Below are positions 1 through 13,300 of a stretch of 64,000 bases of DNA, in pieces (the stretch's first letter is position 1; each line of letters begins with the position of its first letter). Position numbers and translations under genes: made by a program. Under the pieces are notes generated by a model that ran no database searches, was not told the origin of the DNA, and worked only from the letters and a program-made list of their open reading frames with translations. This DNA comes from Tubiluchus corallicola (Eukaryota > Animalia > Priapulida): contig JAQGDQ010000041.1 of NCBI GenBank assembly GCA_030141605.1, positions 806,001-870,000 of the forward strand. The letters run 5' to 3'.

Positions 1-3000
1 ATCTTAAATTCTCGTCTTTAATATCTGTGATAAATCTAGAACAAGGGAGACAGCTTAAGTTATGATGCAACTGATCGTAAGAAATCGACGGATCAGTTAC
101 TTGGTAAAAGGTTTCTATCTCCCGTTTCTGTTTTTCAGCTGCTTTATGAAATTGACCCCGATAGTGTTCTCCTGCATTGGCTTGTCCTGACAAACAAATT
201 TGGCACAGTTTACAAAAAGTCACTAAATATTGCCCATTTTCTGAAGACACACAATTGCTGGTCGATAACGTCGACTCATTCTTGTTCTCCGTACTCGCTA
301 ATGCAGTATTTGTCATTGTTATCTGATCCACTGAACTCACAGCCTTGAAAATAAACAAATACATCTTGAAAGCTAGAATGTTATGATTACATTTTTAGAA
401 AAACTGTTTAGATTTTTTTCTACAAAGTTATACATGGAAAGAGATTGCATAACATATTTTCACACTAAAGCTAGAAAGTTATGATTACATTTTTAGAAAA
501 ACTGTTTAGATTTTTTTCTACAAAGTTATACATACAAAGAGATTGCATAACATATTTTCACACTAAAGAAACGTGCAAACTTCAAACAATGAAAAACAAA
601 ATTTATCTGTTCACCATATATACCTATTTTAACAGTTTCAGTTTATTATAGTAATTCCATGGCAATTTATCATACAAAAAGCTGACACTTGTACCCTTTG
701 TTAATGGCTTATCACAAAATTAAAGCAACAAACTTAATTCAATGCAGGTTAATATGCTGCCAAAAAATACAAAGCAAAAATTTTGTGGTCTGAAACTCAC
801 TACTTTGTTAGCAAGTTTAGCAGCTATATAATTCTCCTCATCAGTAACCAAAGGTAAAGGCGACAATTTATCAGCAGCACCGCCTGAACTAGCAGGTAAT
901 TCTGGCGAATCCTTCAGTTTCGTAAAAAGTGATGTTTCGCTGGGCTAGAAAGAAACCATTAAACAGTAAATAAAAATTGTATTTTTAAAGTATTTGCCAC
1001 CTATAAACAATCTGGCAGTAAGGGAATGGAGCAACTTTCCTAGTTTCATGGAACTAGTTATCATGGGTAGAAATCCCCTAAAGAAATTTCCTGAATCTAC
1101 CTAAATAACTTGATCCAATCAAATAGAAAATTCCCTAGGTACTCCTGGACTTAATGAATTTTTTTTGGGCAAGAAAAGATACCAGTATACAGCTTATACA
1201 ATTAGCACTAAACAAATGCAGATGTAGGTTACTTTATTCTGCTGTAATAATCAGATGTCTAATATTTTATTAGCTTTTAGATGCACTGCATTTTGGCTCA
1301 ATAATAATTATTAAACTTGTTGTTTCAATTCTATAACAACTTCCATAATGAAAAAATTAATATGCATCTACAATTGGTTAAATGATATGCCATTTGCCAA
1401 CCACTCCAAAGCTGTACCAAATTTTAAGTGCTAAACGCCTAATGCCATACACAAATTTTAATGCCTAGTGCCTTCCTTCAGGAAGTGAAGCATGAGGAAA
1501 GCAGACAACACCACGGAGTTTAGTGAAAAATGTCAATGGCTTGCATTAGATTTTTAAAACTGGAGAGAAGTAACAGCAAGGAAATGCGTTAAAAACAAAA
1601 AACTTAAGTAAAGTTTAATCTTGACATTTCAATAGTGTAACAAATTAATTACCACTACTAAGAGACTATACATAACAGACTAATACACTAATAAACTTTG
1701 ACAGAATTTGAGGAAGCAAAACAGAACTTTTGCTTATTGATATCAAAAATGAATTTTAGAATTACGTTGAAGCTAGTAAGTAAGGCATCTTAAACTTTTA
1801 TCATTCCTCACAGCATGGTGCTACACTTAATGTAAACTGCACCCACACTGCTTTGAATGAATACCTTTTCCAGCAGTTTCTTTTACTACGAATATAGATG
1901 TGATAATATTTCTATAGAAATAAATTTTGCTTTGAATACAAAGCTTCACCTAACATTAAAAAAAGACAGAAATATTATGTACAAAAATAATCCAATTACG
2001 GGTGTCATAAGTTTCATAAGTTGCTCATAATCAACTATTTTCAAGCGAGTTTTTTGTACTTACAACAGCAGAATGTTTTTCACTATTAAAGACGTTCACT
2101 TGTTTATATGGTTCACTAGACACAATATTTTCCAAAAGCAACAAAGATGGTTTAACACTCGAGCTCGCAGACTGAAAATAAACAAACATCCATGTTGCAT
2201 TAAAAACAGAATTTCTGACAATAAGGCTGCATAAATTTCAAAATAAATGACTAAAGGTAAAGCTGTGGCAATTCTAAAATGTTTGTGAACAGAAACACTT
2301 GTTGACTGGTTTAGAATTTGTACCACAAGGACTAAAAAAGAAAGAAAGGCAAATGTACCACAAATTAGGAATTAGGGTTGTTCTACTGAACTCAAAGGCA
2401 GCTCGAGCACCAGATGATCTGTATAGCTGATGGTTCATTTTTCGCACAATGCTAAAAACTTACTAAATTCTAAATGCATAGTGATGTCAGGTTCAATGTG
2501 CCTAATGTATTAGTCATTACGAGATTTTTTGTTGCAATTACTTTTTTGTGCTTTTTGTTTCGGAGATGCTGTTTATATAGGTAAGTTTTTTGGGATGCTT
2601 TATGTCAGAATACATTGCTATACAAAATGAATTTGCAGTATGTCCTAGTTCTACGTACCTAAGTTTCAAGTAAGAGACTTGAATCCTTGGCAACAAAATT
2701 TAAACAAATCAAATACAATGTTCAACACAATAAGATTTAAAATAATAAAATAGACCTATTTCTGAATTTCATTTGTACAACTAGAAAAACAAGTACTTTG
2801 CTGCAAACTGCAAAATATTTAACAGCAATTTTTCTATTGCTTAAAACTAAATTTCCACTTCCATTTTAAATTTCAAGATACAAAGGAGTAATAGTAAGAG
2901 TTTGCTTCCATACTTACTTTAGCAAAAAACTGGTAACTAGCAAGCTTCTTTTCATGTTTCTTGCCCTGGAGATGCTGTTTGTAAGGTATGTATCCATTAA

Positions 3001-4131
3001 ATACAACACCACATAACGTACAGTCAAAGTTTTTGCCAACATCCTTGGTTTTCGAGGGTTTAGTGTCATCATTCGTTACCACTGTTAATGGTTCTGTTTT
3101 AATGCCTGCATGACTAAGGACAGTCAACTTTTCCTGCTGTTCTGTTTTTGTTGTTGAAGCAACAGACTGAAAATAATATAAACCATTGCTAAAATCCCAA
3201 CCTGCAGTATTAGTAGTAGATACAGTAGTAGTAGTTGCAAGGTTACATTTGAGACAAAGATCATACACATGATATACTGGAACAAACTCTTGTGGTGCAC
3301 CATATCTAGTCATGATGTTTGCCAAGCAAACACACAAAAAATGTTGCTACTAATGCTACGAAGAACAGTAAAAAAGTAAGTTTAACTAGATCTTGAATGC
3401 AAATCTATAATTTTAAAAAGAAAAAAGGCATTTTCAGCAATCACACTTTACCTGCTGAGAATAAAAAAACATGTAAAACACTTCTGTGAACCAACAAAAA
3501 TCTTTTACAAAGCACTTAGTTAAAAAACCAAGCAAAAATTGAAGTCTCAGGCCTATGATTAAAAATGGTTTATTGAAATTGGTAATTAGCTCAGAATAGC
3601 AAACAAGTAGCCTAGGAACATTTATTATTTCCACCACATGTTATTATGTAAATCACTTATGTAATAATGTCTTATCAATAATAAGATAAACGTCTTATCA
3701 GGGATGACATATCGCACCCTTTGCAGGCCAGAACCAAACTAACTTTTATAAATATTTTTAGGCTTAAATGTGCATAAAGAAGACAAGGGCTGTGAGTAAA
3801 GCATGCTTAATCTTAAACAATTGTAAATGATGGCCAACACTTCTTCTTTCAGCCTATTCTGGCAGATCAAGACTGACAAAACAGTGAAAAAATCCTTCAT
3901 TGATTCATTTATAACCATAAATGAGATTGTAAAATTTTCTTACCAAACCAAATGGTTGCTGGCTAGCTGCAACTTTTTTTACATGCTTTTTACCATGCAG
4001 GTGCTGCTGCATTTGAATTTCTCTGTAAAAACGAATTCCGCATAACTTGCAGTAGTTTTTGCCTTCAACTCTGCTTAATGAAGATTCTACACCAACATTA
4101 CGCACATCTGCTTCCACAGAATATTCCATAA
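1..4131 (-). CDS. Matrin/U1-type C2H2 zinc-finger protein (ZNF385/ZNF346/ZMAT-like), multi-exon, 3' end outside the window
   Basis: Frame-compatible GT-AG exons 4131-3944, 3166-2918, 944-801 and 343-<1. Fingers: YCKLCGIRFYREIQMQQHLHGKKH, FDCTLCGVVFNGYIPYKQHLQGKKH and FCKLCQICLSGQANAGEHYRGQFH, separated by long low-complexity linkers. The HxxGKKH ending is typical of zf-met/JAZ RNA-binding fingers. Probable start ATG at 4129; additional exons are possible. Confidence 0.8.
369..568. repeat. Tandem duplication of a ~98-bp intronic unit (2 copies)
   Basis: aaagctagaa..gttatgattacatttttagaaaaactgtttagatttttttctacaaagttatacat..gagattgcataacatattttcacactaaag occurs twice head-to-tail. Confidence 0.9.
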
Positions 4132-4699
4132 CTGCAAGTGTAAAATACCGTAATCATAGTACTAAATCTAACTTACATAGACTTAATATTCATCGCAGCA
4201 GCAAAACTTTTAATATGTTTATACATGTATATATAAAGTGAGCTATTTGCTTTATGGTGCTGCTAAAAATTTAAATTGGCGACTTATTAATATATAATTA
4301 TATTAAAATAAAGCCCCCACTTAAGCAAAGACATGGATTATATTCATGTACCACCCACTGGCATTGGTCAGAGAATGAATTGTGCTAGAGTAGCATAACT
4401 TCATATTTTCTGTCATTTGGCTTTGTGCCATGATATGTAAGGTTACACTTTCTATTTGTGTTGTTTGCTTGTCACAATGTTGATTTTTGTATTTTTTACA
4501 CTGTATTTTTATTTCTAAAAGTGAATTGTTGCACGAATATGACATTAACTATGTCGAAATTTTCCAGATGTTGTGTCTGAATAAAAATCATGTCTTTGCT
4601 TAAATGGGTGGTGGCTATCACTTTTATTTTCAAAATTCGTTTTCCTCACCACCAATCAGTTTCTCAAATATTATACTCACATTACGACTAGATCCATGA

Positions 4700-5275
4700 G
4701 ACTGGAAATTCTAAACAGGATATACGAAGGTCACTTAGCCTAGGCATTAGCAAATGGAACATCTGCCCAAATCAAGAATATGATAAAGAAGTGCATTACA
4801 TCTGCAAAACATCAGCCTTTACAGAAGGAACCATTAATGCCTGAAAAGTTGCCTGAAACCCCCTTTTCAAAAAGTCGGATATGACCATTTCCAATTTAAA
4901 GTGAAACGGTATGTTCCCATTGTTAACTACTATTACTGGTACACTGAAATTCAGAAACTTGACTCACTCGAAGCCAAAGAAACTATCACTCATCTCAAGT
5001 CAATTTTCACAACTCCCGTCATACCAGTGATTTTTGTTAGTGACAATGGTCTGCAGTTTGCCTGCTATGAATTTCAACAATTCGCAAAGACATGCGGATT
5101 CACATCAGTAATTAGCTCGCCAAAATACCTACAAAGTAACGGTGAAGGAGAGAGCATGATAAAGACAATCCTTAGCAAGTCAAAGCAAGAGGCTCCATAT
5201 TAAATTGCAGTTCTGAAGTGCTTATTTGCAGAATGGACTTTTGCCATTGGAACTCCTGAACTCCAGAAAAATCTA
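4700..5275 (+). mobile_element. Degenerate Ty3/Gypsy LTR-retrotransposon integrase fragment
   Basis: IKNMIKKCITSAKHQPLQKEPLMPEKLP, then after a frameshift TITHLKSIF..P..FVSDNGLQF..EFQQFAKTCGF..SSPKYLQSNGEGE (rve core SDNG and SNG-x-x-E motifs). Interrupted by stops and frameshifts. Confidence 0.85.
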
Positions 5276-5299
5276 GAAGCAGCCTATAAAATGCTATTT

Positions 5300-5760
5300 T
5301 TCAAAGAAATATTTAACGACAACAGAAAAGTAGGAGGAAAGAATAAGTTAAGATTTTACAGAAACATAAAATACACATACCATGTATAGCCATACCTTCA
5401 AACTATAATTAATAAGCAACACTAATAATAACGTAACTAAACTCACAATAAGTGATCATGACCTACAAATTGAAAAAACCAGATATATAAATCAACAAGA
5501 AAATGACAGCTTCTGTTCCTTCTGTATCGGTAGTAGAGACAACATATAAAACCCGATAGAGGATGAACATCACTTCGTGTTTGAATGCCCTGCTTATAAT
5601 AAAATCAGACAAAAATTCGAAAATCGTTTTTATAATTTTACTTTTTTAAGCGGCTAGGTTTTTCCATACTTTGGCTATTTAGCTCCAACAATAAGTTTGA
5701 CCTTAACAACTTTGGCAGCTTTACCAGTGAATGCATACTCTGTAGATCAAACAAAATTCT
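5300..5760 (+). mobile_element. Non-LTR (LINE) ORF2 C-terminal fragment, decayed
   Basis: KNKLRFYRNIK...TKLTISDHDLQIEKTRY...CSFC...IEDEHHFVFECPAYNKIR, the post-RT CCHC-type zinc knuckle of LINE ORF2. Confidence 0.8.
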
Positions 5761-6699
5761 CTATACCATATATAAACAATAATGAGGAATGCTGGTTGAA
5801 CATAACATTACTTTGTCTAATGTAAATATCTATAAGCTTTTCTTGTTATTAATTTTAGGTAATTATTAATTAAACTTTTTTGTTTCGTTTCATGTGATAA
5901 CTTATTGAAAGTACTTTGTGTTAAAGTTATAATAAATCATAACTCATTTTCCAATATTATTTAAACTCAAGTATTTGAGCGAATAAACTGAACTTAATTG
6001 AAACCAAATCTCGGAAGTATTCAAATCCTTAAGAGTTGAGATATTTTAAACATGTCTGTATAATTATATATTACATAAGGTATAGTTTATTAATTGTTTT
6101 TTCTTTTATTTTTATAGGCTTTGTGCTTCACGTATTTATAAGTTTGGATCGTATTCCACATCAGTACAAGAAATTTAAGCCGGCAACAACTTCTCCAATC
6201 TCCACAGAAGAAGAAATCATCAGCATTATGGCTATTCAAGTCATTTTTTCCTTTTCTTTCATTGCTGAAAAATATAACATTTAACTGTGATTTTGTATCA
6301 GTGCTTTTTAATTAGCTAACTTATCTATGTTATCATTGAATTATCACTGAAAATAACCTTTTTGCACAAAGCTTATAGTAAATAATTTTGCATGTATGCA
6401 CTATTTGACACGTATTTAAAATATTGTTTTTTGCCAATGTATATTGCATGTATTTGCCACAATAAATTGAATTGATGGGACATCAGCTAAGAACGCAAAC
6501 CCTAAGACTACATTTGGATTCTGAACATATCAATTAGCAAAAAGTTAGCTCAAAGAGGAGACGTAATGATATGTACTGAGCATGCGTGATTGTATACAGA
6601 CCGTGTTTCCGCTACTATGGTTAGTTATTGTTCAGATTTTGATAAATGCCATGTAATGATGGAGAGGTGTTGAAATCGATTGAGCATGGCTGTGTGAAA

Positions 6700-6780
6700 A
6701 AGTATCGAATTGTGGCAAATGGAAATATGACTCTATGGGACGACATAATCAACAGAATTCCTCAAGGTTCTGTACCACTC
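6700..6780 (+). mobile_element. Tiny LINE reverse-transcriptase remnant
   Basis: RIVANGNMTLWDDIINRIPQGSV resembles the RT motif (R/Q)VVVNGxxSxWxxVxSG(V/I)PQGSVL. Confidence 0.45.
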
Positions 6781-7242
6781 ATATGGAAAAAATTATACCT
6801 TTAATGAGAATCTAATCCTAAAGCTCAGCCTGCATGGTCCGTCTAGTTACTAGTGTTTGCAAACATCATCATAACGCTTATCACATTTACGTCTATTGCA
6901 GACATTAAGCAGGCAGAACTCTAAATTTGCCATCCTCCAGTACAATATGGCAATCCTTTGATCTTATCATTCGTAATGAGTAGCAGCAGGTAAGTGTTGG
7001 GAACAGAAGTAGGACAATTGGCATACATGGGCTAGCACAAGTATGACGCGGTTTACATGGGCTAGCCCAAGTGGGACCCGTCATACATGGGCTGCCCAAG
7101 AAGGACACTAGAGATAGGTCACGAATTGGGTCGTTAACTGTATTGGCAACGTCCGTTGTCCTTGTTTATTTTATAATAATAAAGCCCGCTTTTTAGGTGA
7201 TTCCAACATTTGCTTAAAATATATCATTTATGATTTTGTCGC

Positions 7243-7320
7243 GCTTCACAGACAGGTGATCTGTTTCACAATCTCTTTTGCCTCGCTTCACAGACAGGTG
7301 ATCTGTTTCACTATCTCTTG
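7243..7320. repeat. Short tandem duplication (~41 bp x2)
   Basis: cgcttcacagacaggtgatctgtttcac(a/t)atctctt occurs twice. Confidence 0.85.
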
Positions 7321-8119
7321 GGCAAATAATTGTTTTCTACTAAATATATAAACGGACTAGCGAGCTATTTGCCTACATAGTTTCTCTCTTTAAAGAATAA
7401 AGCATTAGATACTTGGTTTAATGTTATGATGATATTTATGGAGCTAATAATAGTGCTGATACAATTGTAAAAAATTCATTCTGTTAAGAAATATCCATAA
7501 TTATTATAAAGTTAGTTTTTTGTAAAACAAATTTACTTTTATGTTTTATTATGTCATAATTCTCGATTCTCGACAGAAATCGCCAGTGACTTACTACCTG
7601 TTTTCAGATTCCGACCCCTTCGAGTTCTTCAATTCAATTCACTTCAATTTATTGCGCAAATACATATTAACATTACATGCATTGGCAAGTACAAAAGGAG
7701 AATTATATACAGGTAGAATTACAGATTACTGTCATACATATAGAAAAACTGACGTACTGCTACTTAGTTAAACTAGCGGTTATGAGATACAGACCAACTA
7801 TTACAATTATGTTACTAATCAAACTGATTGAGCTTTTGGCTGCCCAACGATACTTGTTAGCAGTAATAGATACTATAATTAATGACTATAGAGTGCAAAG
7901 CTTTATATTAATTGTCATGATTATGACTATTATTAACGGGAAAATATACAGTTTAATATATACAGCATTAAAATTAACTGAGAGTTTGCTTTTACGATCA
8001 CATGCCAGACAATGATATTAGAGTTAATATATATGTATATAATAATGCTCAAATATATTCTAATTACAGTAATTTTGTATAACCAGTATTACCACATTAT
8101 TGCTTTTGCATTTTTATTT

Positions 8120-8890
8120 GTATTCTAGACAACCTTTCTAGTATACACTCAGTGATAAATTTTGCAAAGGTGTGTAGGTTAATTTTGTTCTCGGAATTGA
8201 ATAACCAGAGTAGGGAGAAAGGTCATTTTTTAAAAATGTCTTCATATTTTTCTCTTATTACTTCATAGGCTGGAAAAGTAAATATGAAATGTAATTCAAT
8301 TGTATTTTGCTTATTGCTTTCACTGTTCTTACAAAGTATGCATAGCCTTTCATTTTCCGATTGGTTTGTGTATTTGCATTTTTCAATTTGTAGTTCATGA
8401 TCACTCACCCTGATTTTGTTATGTTTTGTCCATGTTGTTTGTTTCGTACTATTTCTAGGTATGACTCTAAACTATAACTGTTTTTCTTAATTCCTGCAAA
8501 CCTTAACTTATTCTTCCCACTCCTTTCGTGCCATCATTGTATATTTCTGTAAAAACAGCTTTTTATACACTTTTTCTAGGATTTTTGTAAAATTGCTAAC
8601 TTTTCTGTTCACTGATAAATTGTCATTTATATAAAGGTTTTTGAGATTATGGGTGTCTTCAAGGTGTTCCCATTTGTAACAAAAGATGTGTGACGACTGA
8701 AAGTAACATTGTAGGTGTTTAAATATCGCATTTCTTGGTTTAAAGGCAATTGTTATACCATATTTGAAAGTCATTTTTGTAGCCTTTAGAAGAAGAAGAT
8801 ATAGACCTAGTTCAGCTTTGCAAGCAATATTTGATGCAGATGAACGGACAAGTGTCCATTTTGCAAATCTGTTTTAACATGCTCAAATTG
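8120..8890 (-). mobile_element. LINE ORF2 C-terminal fragment, same type as 5300-5760, opposite orientation
   Basis: SDHELQIEKCKY..ENERLCILC..IELHFIFTFPAYEVIR, with further decayed ORF2-like sequence upstream (LVRSSASNIACKAELGLY). Confidence 0.75.
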
Positions 8891-9016
8891 GAACTGGTTC
8901 TATGTTTTAAATACCTTTTCAGTGTCCTCAGTGGTGATTTTGCTAGATAATGCAGATTCAGATAATGCAGATTCCAAAATGGAGAGGGAGAGGCATACCA
9001 TTGAATTTATCTGATT

Positions 9017-9095
9017 AACGGTGTAGTGGTTAATTACTACTTAGCAGAGGTACCCTTATAGCAAAAGACCTGGGTTCGAATTCATGTAATGTGAA
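9017..9095 (+). mobile_element. tRNA-derived SINE head / tRNA-like remnant
   Basis: Pol III A-box-like ggtgtagtggtta and B-box ggttcgaattc at tRNA-like spacing, with no complete cloverleaf. Confidence 0.45.
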
Positions 9096-9361
9096 AATTT
9101 TTCAGACTTTCTAAATTTTAGTATTGCATAGTATTAGTAATTTAGTAATGCATCCGTGTATGTATATTACTGAACTAGTATGTCTTAATACAGTGTGGAT
9201 TGTACGTGATTTGCCATCAATAGATTTGTAGCTTTTAGCTTAATATAAATTATATTATTAGGGTAATTGTCTAAGAGTTTTCAATAGTGTGCCTTTGTCA
9301 TATAGTGATAACTACTCGGATAGTAAAGGTCTCAGCTCGAGTCCCAAAGGAGTGGAAAACT

Positions 9362-9536
9362 TTCTGAAGTTTTATAATAACATTTTGTATTGCTTTCTTG
9401 AATTTATAATATGACCTATAATTGTTTCATTCATCTTGCTCCCTGAGTTTTATAATTCTGAAGTTTTATAATGACATTTTGTATTGCTTTCTTGAATTTA
9501 TAATATGACCTATAATTGTTTCATTCATCTTGCTCA
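9362..9536. repeat. Direct duplication of ~80 bp
   Basis: ttctgaagttttataat(a/g)acattttgtattgctttcttgaatttataatatgacctataattgtttcattcatcttgctc occurs twice. Confidence 0.9.
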
Positions 9537-9780
9537 TTATAATTCGTCATAATAGTAGTAATCTTCAGTTATTAGATTTTTGTAAGGGGACTATGCTCTC
9601 TGCTTGCTTCGTGTGAGAAACATCATGGTGAATCACATGTGTCACCAGCCACTAATTTGACTCATAAACTGGAAGCTATAATATATTATTATGCGGAGCT
9701 TGAAAATAATTGTTTACTGGCAACTCGAGGCTTCAGAGTTCGAATTTGCCGCCAGTTGCTATTCCCCCCCCCCTCCCTGG

Positions 9781-9930
9781 CTGAGCATTAAACGGGACAC
9801 GTACCATTTAATGCTCAGAGCTTAAACTTGTAACACAACGTATCATTGTAACTTTCCTTAAATTATTTACGTTGTTAAATTGTAATTAAAAAATTTACAT
9901 TATTTAATGCCGCAGCGGCATTGCCTCTAG
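9781..9930 (+). mobile_element. Helitron-like 3' terminus upstream of PHKB
   Basis: Hairpin aatgccgc-a-gcggcatt (9906-9922) followed by CTAG (9927-9930) and then T. A second hairpin, ctgagcattaaa...tttaatgctcag, lies at 9781-9818. Confidence 0.55.
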
Positions 9931-10366
9931 TATATGAGTGCTATGTGGAATAAACTAATCTTGAATTAATCATGGGCAAATGCAATCAGTGCGTTTCGCA
10001 AAGCGGGAGATCTAACAGCAACATCTCGTACAGTATGTCAGATGACGACGAAATGGTAAATGCGGTTTTTCCTTTTATTTTGTAAATTTATGTTATTATT
10101 GTATTTCCTTAACTCAAGCACACTTTTTTGTGATCTTAAGCTTGCTGCGGAGCTTGGTTAAGTTTAAGTTGATCAACTTTTACAACGTTGTGTTGCAGGT
10201 AAACGTGGTTCCATTCAGTTGGAGAAAGATCTACGTAACCTTGAGCCGCCTTACCCTTGTCCGAAACAGTCAGTGGGTCGAAAGAGCTGTAATTCTAACC
10301 TTATGGTTGCGAAAACGCTATAGTCACGTGGCACCGCACTAAGGAAATATAAATCATTTTGAAAAA

Positions 10367-13300
10367 ATGGAGCGTAATACATCTTTAACTGATAAAACAT
10401 TGCTTTTTGACCATGAAGACACCCTGCAGTTATTAGACCAATATTATAGAAGAGTTAAACGCCTGATTTTGCGATATCAGAGTCCAACTATTGGTATTTT
10501 TCCTCAAACTGGCGGAGCACACACAGACGTTGGATGGGTTCGTGATAGTATTTACTGTGGAATGGCTGTTTGGAGTCTTTACCAAGCTTATAATCGTCTT
10601 GATGATGATAAAGGTAGGATTCATGAATTAGGCCAAAGTGCAGTAAAGGCAATGAGAGGAATTTTATTTTGCTGGATGAGACAGGCCGCTGATAAAATAG
10701 AACCATTTAAGCAGCACCAAGGACCACAATTTGCTCTGCACTCAAAATTTCACTACAAAACTGGTGATATTGTAGCTGACTATAATCAGTATGGACATTT
10801 GCAGATTGATGTTGTGGCTCTTTACCTTCTCACTTTAGTACAAATGATTTCCTCTGGCTTGCAGATAGTCTACACAATGGATGAAGCATTATTCATTCAA
10901 AATTTGGTGTACTATATAGAACGTGCTTACAGAACTCCAGACTATGGAATGTGGGAAAGGGGAACCAGATATAATAATGGGCAATGTGAACTTCATGCTA
11001 GTTCAATTGGCATGACAAAGGCAGCCTTAGAGGCAATGAATGGTTTTAATGTTTTCGGCAGTTTTGGTACATCGAGTTCTGTAATATATGTTGATATTGA
11101 TGCTTATAATCGCAACAGAACAATTTTTGAAACTCTTCTCCCTCGAGAATCCTCATCAAAGAATACAGATGCATCATTACTTCCTACAATGATGTTTCCA
11201 TGTCATGCTATTCACGATGAAAAATTAAAAAACCGGACTCTGGATAAAGCAGAAAGGAAACTGCGGGGAAAATGCGGTTTCAAAAGGTTTCTAAGAGATG
11301 GATATAAAACTGTCTTGGAAGATACTAATAGACTACATTATGATCTTGGTGAAACAAAGAATTTCGATTCTATAGAAAGTGAATGGCCAATGTTTGATCT
11401 TTTCTTTCTTATAGATGGTATCTTCAAAGGTGATGAGTCGCAAGTCAACTTTTATCAAGAAAGAGTTGACGAGAATGTTAAAATTAGCCCTGAAGGAGAT
11501 AACATGCTACCCATGTACTATTATGTCCAGCAAATGGATATAGAAGATGCACGAAAAGATCCACAGACTGTTTCCCGACGCTCCAGTAAAGAGTGGGTGG
11601 ATGGTCAAGTTCACTTATGGGGAAATGCCATGTATATAATTGCTTGCCTGCTGGTTGATAATTTGCTCAACATTAATGAGGTAGATCCTATTCGGCGGTA
11701 CTTACCAGCATCAGAGCGACCTCGAAAGAGCACTCGCTATTCATTTTTTCGGGGAGCTTCTAGTGGTCTCATTGTACAGGTTGTTCTCATAGCTGAGAGC
11801 AGTCGCCTTCAATCTATTTTAGCTACGTATGGCATTCAAAGTCAAACACCACATCAAATTGAACCTATACAAATCTGGTCCGCATGGGAATTAGTGAAGG
11901 CATATGAGCATATGGGTCTGAACTCAAAGTTAGGCTTGACAGGAAGACCGTCTAGGCCTATTGGCGTGCTTGGAACCAGCAAGATTTACAGAATTTGTGG
12001 CAAGCTAGTGCTCTGCTATCCAATCATATTTGAACAGAGTGATTTCTACTTGTCTCACGATCTTGATTTAGTTATTGATGATATTAAGGCAGACATTACG
12101 TTCTTAGATAAGTTTTGGAAACTTAGCGGCCGTCCAACGTTTTGTATGCTGATACGTGAAAGTGACCTCAGGCAAGGTCCGCATTTTGCTGAAATGTTGA
12201 AACTTTTGGCATCGTTTAAACGAGGTGATTGTGATGGAGTTAAAATAAGGACCGGCCAATTGCAGAATCTCATTTCGACTTCTTGTATTGAACATCTTGA
12301 TTTTCTTCAGAGCATGCCTGAAATTGTTTCAAGCTTTAAGTCATTTGAAGAAGTCACATCTGCATCCAGTTATAAAAGTTTGACAGACATACCAAAAGCA
12401 ATGAGGAAAGCTTCTATGTATGGATTTCGAGTTGAAGATTATGAGAATCGATCAACGTGGGAGATATGCCAACAGTTGAAAAACTGTTCTAGTCTTCGTG
12501 TACAGAGTGGCCTTTTGAATATATTACTCAAAAGGGAAGGTGTGTCATACTGTATTGAAGATGGTACAGTTACTGACATGATTGAAAAAGTCGCAAAACA
12601 GGCAGCAGCAATCAAACACTGGCAAGTAGTACGTTTTTGCTTTAGTATTCTTCATAAAATGGTTGATAGTCTTGTTCCCAGTATTACTTCTGTCCTTGTC
12701 AGAGGTAAACAGGTAACTATTGGGATATTCGGTCATAAAGAATATGTTATAGCCAAGCCCATTACTCCTGCTGAGATGAAAGAACATATATATGCTCTCT
12801 GTCAACCATATGACATCTGCCAAGCAGTATTACAACAGGAAATCATAATCTCCATTGGCAAGCTAGTCAGTACTAAACCAGAGTTATTTGATGGCATTTT
12901 AAAAATAAGGATTGGATGGATGATTCATGCCATGAAGCTGGAATTAGTTTATAGCAAAAATGAAATAAGTGATGCAAGTAAAATAGAGGAACTATCTCCC
13001 AGTGTAGTAAAAAAGTTGCTTGTCAAGGTGCTCGATAAAGATTTGGGGCACAGAACTGCATTGCAAAAGCGCCAACTAAATGGTGCACTAAACAGAGTAC
13101 CTGACGACTTCTATGATCGTGTATGGGAAATTTTGGAAAGAACGCCTGGTGGTATAACAGTTGCAGGTGGTCATTTGCCACAGCAACCCACTTTATCTGA
13201 CTTGACCATATACGAAAGAAGTTTTTCTCTCAAAGTGGAAAACTTACTCAGCAAAATTGTTGACCCAGCATATGGTCAAATTATAGTAGAAATGTTTATG

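Noticed and set aside
9017-9095. Possible functional tRNA genes (also 62330-62410)
   Set aside because: A/B boxes only; acceptor and anticodon stems cannot be formed, so these are treated as SINE-like remnants.
10433-12823. Short minus-strand ORFs inside PHKB
   Set aside because: Antisense shadows with no recognisable motifs.
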